A DNA stretch of 64,000 bases from assembly GCA_010093815.1 (NCBI GenBank), contig ML996582.1; one strand, written 5' to 3'. This document shows, piece by piece, positions 1-13,212 of the stretch. Position 1 is the first letter of the stretch. The number at the start of each line of letters is the position of its first letter. The position numbers and the translations under genes were made by a program. The DNA comes from Pseudovirgaria hyperparasitica (lineage: Eukaryota). Below the pieces are notes generated by a model, which saw nothing but the letters and a program-made list of their open reading frames with translations, was not told the DNA's origin and did no database searches.

Positions 1-719
1 TCATTGACGATGCAGAAGACGAATGGCTCTTCCGTCACAAGTTTGATTATATCCACTTGCGACTCATGGCAGGTACCTTCGAGAGCTGGGAGAAGGTGAT
101 ACAGTCGGCATTTGAGTTGTACACCCTCTCTTATCTCTCAACGTGCAGCTAATGGGAAGCAGCAATCTGGAACCCGGAGGATGGCTAGAGATCCAAGACT
201 ATGACATGCCTTGTAAGTCAGACGACAACACCCTTGCGGGCACAAAGCTTGAGCTGTGGGCCAGTAAGATGGTGGAGGGTGCTCGCAAGATGGGACGGCC
301 CGTTGATCAGTCGCCCAACTACCGCCGGTGGATGCAAGAAATCGGATTCGTGGACATCCAAGAGCAACGCTATGTCTGGCCAACAAACTGCTGGCCAAGA
401 GATCCGAAGCTCAAGGAGCTAGGCAAATGGTCCTTGGTAAATTTGAACGAAGGCATGGATGGGTTCACATTAGCCATCTTTACGAGAGTCCTGGGTTGGA
501 CAAAGCCCGAAGTGGATGTACTTTGTGCTCAGGTGATTTGGATCCCATGCTACTCATCACAGACTTACTAACTGAAGGTTACAGGTGCGCGCAGATCTTC
601 GTAACCGTTCTATCCATGCATATTTCAGCCTGTGAGTGCTTTGACTCGTGAGTTTCTTGCATGACGTCGACTGACAAAAGTCTCCCAGGCCGGTGATATA
701 TGGTAGGAAGCCGTGCTAG
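1..719 (+). CDS. LaeA/TdiE-like SAM-dependent methyltransferase, 5' partial
   Basis: Motifs FDYIHLR, NLEPGGWLEIQD, WPTNCWP, FTRVLGW, HAYF..IYGRKP. Inferred introns 116-162, 533-584, 632-688; stop TAG 717-719. Confidence 0.88.
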
Positions 720-2943
720 CGAGGAGGAGCGGTGAATGAATCGGTTCTTGCAGTCTCATAAGGTTTCCATCGCAGCTAGGCTTTATACATGATTCGTGAG
801 CGTTCCAACGTTTGTTGATTTCTTGAGTCGAGCGATTCCACTCAAGCAAGGGCAGTGATATTTTCGAACATCGGCGCGGTACCATATTGCCAATTCGGCG
901 TTTTGCATGGTGGCTCATAAAGCGATAGCGTTTCATTGCCGATAGTCATGACACTTCAAGCTGGAAGCCAGGAATGTAACAGAAAAGTGGTGATTGTCGA
1001 GTCAGTTGATAGCCTTCGTCGCACTACGTACCGAGGCTGTAGCACGAATTCGAAACAACGATCGATTGATTTGATCTTATCAACGTCGACAGCTGGAGCC
1101 AGAGTGACCAGAGTGAGCCGTGCCACAGCCTGATCAGCAGTTCGTCCATGGATCTGCTTATCGTAGCGGGGACACGTGAAAGGTCTCTAGTAATTATGAG
1201 AAAGTATGTTGTACAGAAAAGTTGATGGAGTAATAAATCCACTTACGTGGCCCCCCTGCTCTGCTATAATCATGGCTTGCCCAGGGTGGACCGGGGATGA
1301 TTGGGATGACAACCTCCTGCCCTGGGGATGCTCACCGAGGCAAAAGAATTTCTTGGCGGGGCTGGGTGGTAGCTCCGGCGCCACTCACGTGACATATTAT
1401 AATGACGCAAATCTCGGACTGGGTATTACTACTGATGTTTGGTTTGCTAGCAAGGCATTTCTTATTGTAGTAATGGAACCAAGAGAGTATGGGAGCTTGG
1501 TTCACATTCAATATTCTTTTAGAGCTGGCATTGTGGCTAGGTGTTCTGAGGAATTGGCAGGGATAAAACTTCGGTCTTTTTGATCTGTTAGGTGGGTTAG
1601 TGTAGTGAGACTTATATCAAGGGGAAGGAGATGGATGCTTATCTGTAGATTTGGGATTAGTTCTTCTTACCTATGCATAAAGATAAGGAGAAAGAGAGGA
1701 TGGAAGGAGGGAATGGCATTTACTATGCATCCGCAACGCGTGATATAATAATAGTAAAAGATACTACTGAAATAAATCTGGTTGATGAAGCTAGATCGTG
1801 TTACATTTCAGTGTATAAAGTGAATAACATACAACCAAAAGTCAACGTGCAAAGCTTTAGTATCATGCACCTACGACGCTCTTGCGGAGTATCTACCTAG
1901 CACCCACAGTAACCCTGCGCAATATCCAACACTCAGACCAATCCAGAAGATCCCCAAAGATCCCAAGGGAGTCTAATCACCACGCAGACCACTAATCCCA
2001 ACCTCCCACCAGACCCTCACATATGTCCAACAATTCAACTCAAAGCAAAACACTTCCCTACCACGCTCCCAATCAACCAGAGGCAGAAACCATAATCCCA
2101 CGGGGAACACAGACTCTAAATATTCTCCGTTGAGCCCTGGGAGTAAGTGTCTGACTTGCTTGTCCGGAAGATGATACTCTGGATTGGATTTTTGACTGGA
2201 ATGAGCAGTCTTCTGGTGTTCGATTCTCGGGTTTAAACGTTGTGTGGGTTGGTTGGTGCGGTGTGTGTAATATTAGGATTGTTCAGATACTGGTATGACG
2301 GTGGTGGATGGTCGAACAATGGAGAATGTGTAGTTGTGGGATTTTGGGTATTCGCTAGGAGCTTGGTTCGTCATGTATCCGGCCCTTCTGCGTAGGACTT
2401 GGATGGGAGTACATATAGCTTGCCATAGATATATATAGTAGTTTGTCATATATATAGTAGCTTACCATGTGTACAGATCGTCTGCGAGATTGTTGGTCAT
2501 GCTTGAAAGTCAACAGAATGTCAGTCAGTGTAGTCTGACAAGGTGAGCGGCTGAAGAGCAGGTCGTTACGTGTCTTACACACATGATGAAGCTGGTGATG
2601 GATTGAGGTCCCGAAAGGTTGGAAAAGACTATATGAGGGAAGGATAGAGGGCTGAATGGAATGTTGCGCGGGAATGGGTCTTGTAGAAAGGGGGAGAACA
2701 GGGTATCTTCCTTGCCAAGTGACTGGTCGACCACGAAGCAGCCGGAGATCAATGTCATGGCTCTGCTCAAAACAAGGCTGAAATGCCTCATGAGTGTACT
2801 GTATTGTTAAGATGATTGGATGTGCTCGTATGTAGTCTAATGAACAAGTAGTTGACATGGACCACCGAGATCAATTATTGGGGTATACGAACGAATGGGT
2901 ACGAGCACATATTGATACATTGTCTTATTGATTTAAAATCGGG

Positions 2944-5707
2944 CTAAGTATCGAAGCCTTCCCAGTCGCCAGAAGTGTTACTATCGCCGTCAAACTCAAC
3001 ACTATCCATAGCATCATCATCACTACCCAAATCTAGCTCTCGACGCACTAAAGCATCTTTCTTTGTTGGTTGCGCTAGTATGTAATCAATAGCATACGAG
3101 TTCTCCTCCGCAAGCCGTTTCAGCTCGTTTTGAATTCTTACGACAGCTTTCTGCACACTTCTAAGTTCCGCTGTGAACTGTCCCGAGAGATCTTTCAGAT
3201 GTCTGCCGTGACTGCTGACGATAGCTTCGATCCATAGTAGGTTGAACTCGAGATGAGAGCTCTCATCAGCCTGTTGGGCGATGAAGCGGAGGAGTGGAGC
3301 AATGTACTCTCCGGGAGTCTCCTTGACAACAAGTGCGATGTCAGACCTTGGTATTCTCTCATAGACATATCTGATGAGGGTGCGCTCATCAAGCTTGAAA
3401 GCCATGATGAGAGCTTTTAGATAATCGCGGTCTTGCAGGGTTTTACGTGTGCTGTCCGGAGTAATCGAGACATCTAGATCAAAGGGAAGGAATTGCGCGG
3501 TGGTGTCGAGTGAGTATATGAGGAGGCCTTCTGTGGAAGCCGCACAGAAGGACCGTCCGGTGGGAGAGAACGCCACGGACGTAACCTTCACCTCAGGCCT
3601 CTGGCGGCGAGAGGAAGCCTCGCCACGAGTAGCTCCAGGTAATGTTCTGTCCATGTGACCCTCTTCATCAGAGATATCGCCACTGTCGGTTATTAAGCCT
3701 CTAGGACCTGCTTCCGTGAGGTTCCTACTATTCAAGAACTCCTGCGTGCCATCAATGGACAGGTTTATGGACACTGTGAACTTCTTTACAAGAGCTCCTG
3801 ATTGTACATCGTATAAACACATGTACTTGCTGTTTCCACCAGCCAAGACACATGAGCCATCAGCACTATAGGTAATGGTATGGAAGCTTTTTGTTCCAGC
3901 GGCGGATGCCGCAGTCCTGCGATCCGATATCCTGCGGCCTCCTGACACATCCCGTCGCGCATCCACACCACCTACTTGGACGGCGTCGGAAACGGCCCAG
4001 AAACTCACTTGCCCATCTAGTGAGGATACGGCCACCTGCTTAGAGTCCGGTCTAAACGCGACACAGAGAACGTCTGATTGTAGCTGACATGGCTCACTGG
4101 TCTGGGTTCGGCCAAAGACATTCCAAATCCGAACGGTTCGATCCCAGCTCCCACTGACCAAGCTGCCGCCGTCGGCTGCAAAAGATAGTGATGATACGGG
4201 TCCCTCGTGGCCGGCTAATTGATCCAGAAGCTGTCCCGTTTGTACAGACCAGATATGAATGTCGAAGGAATCAATCGATCCTGCGCAAACCACCTCCCCA
4301 CTTGGATCTATGGCCAATGATGAAAACGAGAGCCGTGTCGGCGCTGTAAAGGTCCGGAAATTCCTGTATCTTATGAGATCCCATGCTCGTATTGAGCCGT
4401 CTAGACTAGCTGTGAACAAAACATTTCCCCTTTTGGCGAATTCGCAGGCCGTCACTCCACTAGTGTGTTCTGTGAAAGTGACGATACAGAAGCCTGATTT
4501 TACGTCCCACACTTTGATCTTCCCGTCGTCCGCAGCTGTGACTACTCTTTGTCCATCCGGAGAGTACACAATGCAATTCATAGAGTCATGATGCCCTTGT
4601 TGTTTTAGGATGTAAGACTCCGACTGCCATTCCCAAACTAGTAGTTGTCCTAGACGTGATGCGCCAAACGCAAGCCATTCGCCACTCTTATTGATAGTTA
4701 CTTTGTCGATACCGCTCTGTGACAAGCTCATGTTTTGTATTTGTGTGAAGTCGGGGAGCTCATGGATCGTGAAAAGCCCATTCGAGAAGCCTACTACCAG
4801 GAGATTTGACTTCGCGTGGTAAGTCGCGCATTTTACATCGACATGGTTTTGCTGGAAGTAATGTCGTTCCACAATGTTCCAGTTCTCTGTCGTCTCGAGT
4901 TCATTCTTTCGCGAAGGTCGTTCGGTCCATTCCCACCTGAATAGAGCACCGTCCTTGCTAATGGTGTATATTGTTTCCTGCGTTTCGGAAAACCATGCTC
5001 CAATGACACCTTGCTTATGGCCTGCCAGTGTTGTAGGTACAAAGCCTTCTATCGCATCGACACTCCACACTCTGGCGGTCAAGTCTTTAGAGGCACTGAG
5101 AAAAAATCTTGAATCTGATGACCACTCGATACTCCGAACGTCGTCAAAGTGTTGCGTATGAACATGATGGCGAATGAAAGGAGCAAATTCCAGAGCACCA
5201 TCATCACCAGCGTCAGGGGTTGTAGGTGTATGCCATAACTCTATACGCCGGCCTATTGCAACCGCAAAGTATCGTCCGCAGGGTGAAAAGGACAAAGCGG
5301 TTGCGGCCGATCGGAACGAGAAGTGGTAGAGGACGATTCGGCGCAGGACGTGAGTCAAAATGACTTTCCCATCGGTATCGACAGTGAGAAGTAAATTCCC
5401 ACTAGGGTGAAGCGCAAGACGAGAGATATTTTTGCGATGCGCAAACGGTAGAGTATGGGATTTCGAGCTAATACATGTCAGCAATGCAGTTTGAATGCAC
5501 ACCCGCAAGGAATGTTTAGAACATACTTGACCAAGTCAAAGACAGTCACACGATTGCCCACGGGCGAGAGTAAGGAAGTGCCATCGGGGCTGAATAGAAG
5601 GTTCCCTCTGGTGTAGACCGTGCCAAGCAGGTTGGAAAACTTCAAGTCGCATTAGTCGTGACCGCTACATGTGGTTTAAATACACATACCTGGAAGTCTG
5701 TTTTCAT
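2944..5707 (-). CDS. PWP2: Periodic tryptophan protein 2 (WD40, SSU processome UtpB)
   Basis: Spliced N-terminus MKTDFQ|FSNLLGTVYTRGNLLFSPDG; conserved GQLLVWEWQSESYILKQQGH, RAWDLIRYRNFRTF. Introns 5689-5640 and 5526-5468. Confidence 0.96.
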
Positions 5708-6138
5708 TCTGCACCTCACTCCGAAGCCGTCCTCTATAGTTGCGACATCATTGGGAAGTTGGCGCAAACCTTGCGCTGGGTTCGATTTAATCTGTTCTAT
5801 ACTAGAGAATGGTCGAAGTTTTTGGCTTGGCATTCTGTGCGCACGGGCCCTTGAACTTCCACTAACCTCTCGCGTCCGACAAGGGTCTTGCCAAAGGGGG
5901 TCCGGCTTTTTGTGTTTAAGGGGAACAGCTATCCTTCTCTCCAAACATTTTGCGACTCCGCATCGTCAGTACTCAGTCCCACTTCTCAACTCTGAATTGA
6001 GTAATTTATCGATCGGAAGGTATATCGGAACTAAGAACGTCCACTATCTGGCTTTACTGAAGTATTCTCACTAGATAATACTCCTTCTGCACCTTGGACG
6101 TCTGCCCCGAAAAGCCCACATCGCAGCACATCATCAGT

Positions 6139-7547
6139 ATGGCCGAGTCAGCATCGCCAATTGGCATTGCCAATGTAAGTAGCATCTTAAAGTCGTCTGT
6201 TCACTCATGCTGACTCAAGTCTGTAGCTCCCGAACCAACGGTCCGTTATACTTTTTGCAACAGATTCGGGACTTCGACCTCTAACTATTCTATAGCCACA
6301 AGATCGTTGCCAAGCGGGGAGCAGCTTTCACTATCATGGTAAGTCATCATCTCACTTCGGCATCAAAAATCTTCTTACACCGCGCAGGTTGCTGGAGAAT
6401 CTGGACTTGGAAAGACTACGTTTATCAACACTCTCTTCTCGACCACCATAAAGAATTACGCCGACCACAAGCGCCGCCACAACAAGCAGATTGATAAGAC
6501 TGTTGAGATTGAAATCACGAAGGCTGAGCTAGAGGAAAAGTTTTTCAAAGGTATTTTGATCGCTCGGGTTAGGGTTATCAATCGCTGATCGCTTTGACTA
6601 CAGTACGACTCACTGTGATCGACACGCCTGGATTCGGCGACTATGTCAACAACCGCGATTCATGGCAGCCAATTATCGAGTTCTTGGACGACCAGCATGA
6701 ATCCTATATGCTCCAAGAGCAGCAACCTCGTCGTACTGAGAAGATTGACCTGCGCGTTCACACTTGCCTGTATTTCATCCGCCCAACAGGTCATACCCTT
6801 AAACCACTCGATATTGAGGTCATGAAGCGGCTCTGCACTCGTGTCAATTTGATTCCCGTTATTGCAAAAGCCGACACTCTCAGCCCAGCTGATCTGGCCA
6901 AATTCAAGACCAGAGTGAGTGCCTGAAAAAAAGATAATATGCGGACCGTGAGCTAACCAACGCTGTAGATAAAGGCCGTCATCGAAGCCCAGGGCATCAA
7001 GATCTACCAGCCGCCGTTGGAGGAGGATGATGAAGCGGGTCTCCAACACGCCAGGAGCTTGATTGCTGCTATGCCTTTCTCGGTCATTGGCTCTGAGAAG
7101 GATGTCCAGACCAACGACAATCGCACTGTGAAGGGCCGCCAATACGCTTGGGGCGTGGCCGAAGTTGAGAATGAGGATCACTGCGACTTCAAGAAGCTCC
7201 GCGCGATCCTGATCCGCACCCATATGCTCGACCTTATTCATACAACCGAAGAGAACCACTACGAGGCGTACCGTGCTATGCAAATGGAAACCAGAAAGTT
7301 CGGTGAAGCTCGTCCCAGAAAGCTCGATAACCCCAAGTTCAAAGAGGAGGAAGAGGCGCTTCGCAAACGATTCACTGAGCAGGTCAAGGTCGAGGAACAA
7401 CGATTCAGACAATGGGAGCAAAAGCTCATTGCAGAGCGCGATCGTCTCAACAAGGACTTGGAGCAGAGCCATGCCGTCATCAAGGCTCTCGAGGCAGATG
7501 TGGAGAACCTCCAAGGAAGCGTCGCTCGCTCGCATGGTCGTCGCTAA
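6139..7547 (+). CDS. CDC12: Septin Cdc12/AspC
   Basis: [42 protein letters not shown] (P-loop), DTPGFGD, AKAD, C-terminal coiled coil ending RSHGRR; five introns including a 14-nt exon 6227-6240. Confidence 0.95.
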
Positions 7548-7927
7548 ATTGCATGATAATATATTTCTCTTCGAGATACCTTCTTATCGAGTTTGTTAGG
7601 TTTTTAATGGCAGACCTGGACGATCTGCGTGCCACCTATGGCTGGAACCACGCAAAAGTAGCCGGGTGATGGCTCCCGAGCGGCGCGCGAGATGGAAATT
7701 AGTATACACGTAGTATCAGTATATCTATTCATGAGTAGATTAATGGTGCCGTAGCAGTGGCAGGGCCAGAATTTTCTATGTAAAACCCATAAATAACAGT
7801 TTCTACGTATTGATGTGGATGTGCTCTGCAGCCATGACTTGAGCTTGGACCCTGGCCTAGGAATTTCCAATTGATAACCAACCATCCAAGCTCCTAACAG
7901 CCTCAACATGAACATCGGTGCTATGTA

Positions 7928-9195
7928 ATGGGCGCACAACTGCCTACTCACCGGTTGGCTAGATTAGGCGGACATAACGGTACAGCGATATTCACTTGGC
8001 ATTGAGCAGGGTTCAAGCTAACGAGAAGCAGGTCCAGTCCATGCCTTAACCTACAGCGCTGGCACCGCGACCTACGTATGTCCATATGCTCCTTGACATC
8101 CCGTGTCATGCATTTCGAATCTCATTAACGATACGGAAGCTGCTCACGGGATCCACCGATAGGATCATTCGCTTATTCAACCCATCGACAGGCCGCCTTA
8201 TTCAGAAATATGAGACCCACGGATACGAGGTTCTTGACATAGCTGTCTCAGCGGACAATGCCAGGCTCGTCAGTGGCGGTGGAGATAAGACGGTGTTCCT
8301 GTGGGATGTCGCGACGGCTCAAACAACGAGGAGGTTTATGGGTCATGTTGGGCGTGTAGAAAGCGTAGCATTTGGAGGGGACGATGCGAGTGTCGTTGCT
8401 AGTGGTACGTGTCTAGGAAACGCGCCGAAATATTATATCCGGGATGCATGTCTTTAATATTGCTACAATGACTGACTTTTGACTCAGCAAGTTATGACTC
8501 CACGGTCAAACTATGGGATACGAAGAGTCAGGCACACAAACCTATCATGACGCTCGATGAGGCACGTGATAGTGTTTCAAGCGTTAAAGTGAGAGGTGCG
8601 GAGATTATGACTGGCTCTGTAGACGGATCAACTCGAACATACGACATTCGAATGGGTAGCATATACCAGGACGCCATGGGCAGTAAGATTATGCTATCTC
8701 TCGAGTATATCGAAGTATCGCTGACATGCCCAATAGGCTCAATAACGTCCGTCACTCCAACGAAGGATTGTGCGTCACTCCTCGTGAGTACTCTCGATTC
8801 GACAATTCGACTTATGGACAAAGCCAACGGGAAGCTTCTCCAGAGCTTCAAGGCTCCAGAGTATAGAAATCAGACATATCGTCTCCGTTCGACTCTGGGG
8901 TTCAATGACAGTGTAGTTCTGAGTGGCTCCGAGGATGGAAATATTGATGCCTGGGACTTCCTGACTGGAAAATTATTGCACGCGTTAAAGCATACTGACC
9001 AGTCTGGAGGCAACATGCCAACAAGCGAGAAGGCAAAGAAGAAGGACGTAATCAGTGCTGTCACAGTATGCAATGCCAGAAGAGAGTGGGCCAGTGCTGG
9101 TGGCGACGGTGAGATCGCATGCGAAATCTAACTTACAAATTTGCTGAAATTGATCAGGTACAGTCGTCGTATGGAGCGAAAGTCCAGCCAACTGA
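7928..9195 (+). CDS. WD40 protein WDR83/MORG1 family
   Basis: MGAQLPTHRLARLGGHNG|PVHALTYS..LLTGSTDRIIRLFNP, HGYEVLDIAVSADN, LLVSTLDSTIRLMDK, SGSEDG; about five short introns; TGA 9193-9195. Confidence 0.88.
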
Positions 9196-11749
9196 GCACA
9201 GCCATGAGGATGGAGTTCAATCTATCGCCTGTCACTGAAATACTGGTCTTCCTCAAGCTGACATCCGCCGTCATCTCACGCACGTCTTACCGACTATTCG
9301 ACTCTCCGGAGTGAGCATCGGTCAATCTAGACAACAGGTACATCTCTCTTACCACAGAATGTATCTATCCGCACACCGATGGCCCAATGATACGTCGCTA
9401 AAGTCACCGAAGTCTCACGATATACCCAAATCACTAACCTGATCTCAAGACCAGCAACCAATAATCCCAGTGTCTAGCTAGACCACGAGCGTTCGTTGAG
9501 AGCAGCGGTGTGAGAACCAGCCTCTACGTTGCTCTGCCACGTGTGTATACACAGTAGTATTATTAGCAGGCCTATCCCAACGCAACAATCCTACGACATC
9601 CTCTTAGCGCACTCGGACAAAGCCAATGATCGGCCCCCCATGGCCTCTGAAATCTCACGATGTTGTCAAAATATATTGCTCTACGCCCTGAAAACAGCCT
9701 ATGGGATCATATCGCCACCCCCTCAACTTGTTCGAACGCCAGCTTTTAGGCTTCTCACTGGTCAGCGTTGGTATTGAATCGTCAACAGCCTCGAACTTGT
9801 TACAGCCAGTCAGAAACAAGCCGTGATGCGACAACATCGGCGTCCACCGACACGATAATACTGCGATGGTGGTGCCGTCGCGCGGCTGCAGCGCTGGCGC
9901 GGCTATTTTGACAGCTCATAGGGCTGAAGCAGTGATCATGCGCACCTTACTAGAGTGCGAGCTTGACTAAGCATCAGCAGCACATGTGGATGGATAGCAA
10001 AGAATCGATCACAGGCTGGACCGCGTTCAACCGAGCTCTTCGGCTTGAGGAATTGACTCCATGGCTTACACTGAGGAGCTTATTAGGTAGGGTGTTCGTA
10101 TGTAAGCAAGCTAGACTGTTCCTGCTCTCTCCACCTCTGGGGGGAAGTCTAGAACTTTGTTGCTAGACTACCTAGGCTAACATTTTCCTCGTTTTCCTCG
10201 CGTATTCTCCGAGAGGGCAGGTCTGTCAAAGAATAGCTGGTTATATATACAATTAGCGTCAAGCATCAAGCATCAAGCATCATGATCATCAGATAATGAT
10301 GCAGGTTATATGAGGCTCTGTGTGTCGTCGCCCGTGTTCCATCCGATCGGGAACGGCTGCAGCGCATGTGGAGATGATCACGGCAGCTTACTTCGTCCTA
10401 CCACATAATTACCAAGTCGAGATCATACCGAGCGTATGGACATGGCTGATTCTGCCATGGCTGATATAGTCATCCGCTACTTTTTGGCTCTGCAGGAGGT
10501 TTTCTCGCCTTTGCATTACCAAGATTCCGTCATGCGGCTACTGTACCGTATGCTGCTGATCATTTGTGGGGGCGCCTTTTTCTCATGGCGCGGTCCAGCC
10601 ACAGGTGCAGTGTCAGGTCCGATAAGATCGATCTGTTGAGATAGCATCTTCACATCAATGGCACCGATACACGAGTCAATTCCATGTCGCTGCTCCTCTG
10701 TATCATCTGCCATTGTGGACCAGAAAGCGGAGCAACAGTAGCAGCAGCAGCACATGCACATATCCAACGCACATAATCAATTCATTGCGTCAGTTGGCGG
10801 GGCAGATGGTCGTCGAGTCATGTAGATGCAAGAACATCGATGCACGTTCGACAAAGTGTACGGTACAGTAGTAGTAATTACCTGCCCCCACAAGCATACC
10901 TACATATGCATACAATGTATGCATTTCATTTTCCCGAACGGCTGTCTGCCCATGCTGCATGCCTCATCGTCATGGTATGCCCCATAGGCGAACGCCGACG
11001 ATTTCGAATCATGGAATTTATATGCACAAAGGGAAGATAAGAAGAGCTGGGAAGAGAAAGAGTGAGAAATTTTAATGCAGGTATGGGTGGGTGCTTGAGG
11101 TCTGACATGCTGAGAAGAGGATGAAAGAGTGAGTTGGACATGAATGCGATACAAGAATGAGTAGAGATCTGTTGGTTGGTGGAGATGATTCCGATGCCAT
11201 GCATACAATGCGGAGAATAAACTTTTGGAGGAGGGTCGTAAATGCAAGACAAAAGTTGTTTTTGGTAGGTGCGTAAAAGTAAGGAAAAAAGTCCAACCCC
11301 ATCGAGTCGTGGTCGTTCGTGCGTGGGTGATGGTAAGGCAGGAACGGAATTGGTTCTTGATGGTCGGTCTTCATGCCGAAGTGTGGATGTCAAGTCGCCA
11401 AATCGGTCATTACGTGCATGAAGGCATTGTCATTCTTCGGTCTGGACCGAATCTGCACATGATCAAACCGACATGCGAGTCAGCTATTTTTGCGATGCAG
11501 ATAAACGCGAGCCGCATCTGATGATGCTGATGATGATGAGATCTGACGATGAGACCTCAAACATGGTAGGTCTGATTGGGTGAACTGTTTTGCCATAGCG
11601 AGTACTGAAAAAGCTGTGCATGTCTCACTGTGCTGCTGAGCAGTGATTAGCGAAAAACGCCAGGCGATCGCTGTTCTGCCATTCGCAAAGAAAGTTGGGA
11701 CAACGGTAGCGCCGTATCCGCTAGAGCTCAGCTCCAGGGCTGAGAGTTA

Positions 11750-13212
11750 TCAATCCGCCAAGACCCCGTTCTCGCCACCTTTGAGTGCCTCGAGTGCTCG
11801 GTCGAGCTCGTCCTCGCTGACCATGACAGTACCGGCACGCGCTGTGCTGAGATAGCTCATCTCCACTGGGCTTTGGAGACTGCCATGCGCTGTTCCACCC
11901 ACCAGTCTGCCTGCTACGCCGCATACAATACCAGTAGCTTCGAGCGGTAGGTCTCGCAAATCAAGCGTGATCGGTATAAGACAGTCTGACTGCGTCCCAA
12001 GTAGCACGTTATCGCGAGAAGTGAAGTTGGATACAAGTGATTGTTCCAGTAAGACGGAAGCAGGCTCCGTATCCGTCAAGGTAAGTGAAAGAAACGGAGG
12101 ATGCGGTAGTGTGATGAAGCATTTCACAAGTCCAAGGTGCAGAGCATCGTCTTGAGGAGAGAAAGACTTTGAATCATTCCCATTGGTGTGGATTGAGCTA
12201 TCTCGGCTGCCTGCGCACTGAATGAGACGCAGTTCTGAGTCAACCGTTGGCACAATGTGACGTCGCTTTAGCGTAGCAAAAGTTCTGGTCTGGAGCTCGT
12301 GGACGGTCGCAGGTGGTGGCGTCCCTGGAGGTGGTGGGATGTCAGTAGATGCTCGGCGTTGGTGAGTCGGATTGACATAAGTGGATGTGTTCTGCTCGAA
12401 TTGAAATCCACGATCTTCCAGGGCATGGACGACTTGTCCTCGGCATCGGAGGGGCACGAGTATGTAGTCGGAGAAATAGGTGGTAATGAAGAATATCGAG
12501 CTGGGAAAGTTAGCTTGGATCGTGTTGTTCAGATATTTCAGAACATACATTCCAGCCATTGCAAGTGGACTTGTCAATTCAAGTACTCGTTGGCCAGCAT
12601 CTAGACCTTCACCGTCAACTTGCATTACTATGAAGTCCTCATTGCCCACAGAGACTTGCGAACGAGATGTTTCTGGAAGTGCTTCGAGAACTGGAAGGAA
12701 CAGCTTTTCTGCAGAAACTCGAGAGCAAACTACTGAGCATTCGACCGGCGTGACTGAGACATTGACGAAAGGGTGCTCATAAGGCCATGTTCTTGGTCGT
12801 GCATTCGAGATGCCATCGCTTCCAGATGAGTCGGGTCGATTTTTGGCAGGCAGAAGGAGAGCAAGAATGGGCTGTAGAAAAGTATAGTACAAGGGTAGTG
12901 GGATGTGAATTAGTGCTAACTGTGTGTCCTTTGTGTAAACAACCATGTTAGCCTGGGGATACTATTGAGGAAAAAGCAAAAGGAGGGTATCTGAGATTAC
13001 CGTGCCAAAATCGTATTTGGGGAGTGGTACTAGCTATATAAAGCAAGCCACGCAACGGTGAAGCTGACGAATTGACATCGATGTACGTTCCTTGTGTGCA
13101 TATCACCGACCGCAAATGAATGATGAATGATGAATGATGAATGATGAGTGAGGAATGGGAAACTCACGAGTAGCTGAATGTGAGCACTCAACAACGTCAA
13201 CGAAGAATCCAT
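11750..13212 (-). CDS. CASTOR-like ACT-domain (ACT_7) protein
   Basis: Exon 1 MDSSLTLLSAHIQLL (13212-13168), intron 13167-12929, second intron near 12550-12501; motifs FVNVSVTPVECSVV, LTSPLAMAGISIFFITTYFSDYILVP, GIVCGVAGRL, MSYLST. Confidence 0.85.
13115..13148. repeat. (ATGAATG)n heptamer microsatellite in intron
   Basis: aatgaatgatgaatgatgaatgatgaatgatga read directly. Confidence 0.85.

Noticed and set aside
6566..6577. Telomere-like GGGTTAGGGTTA
   Set aside because: Only two units, inside a short septin intron.
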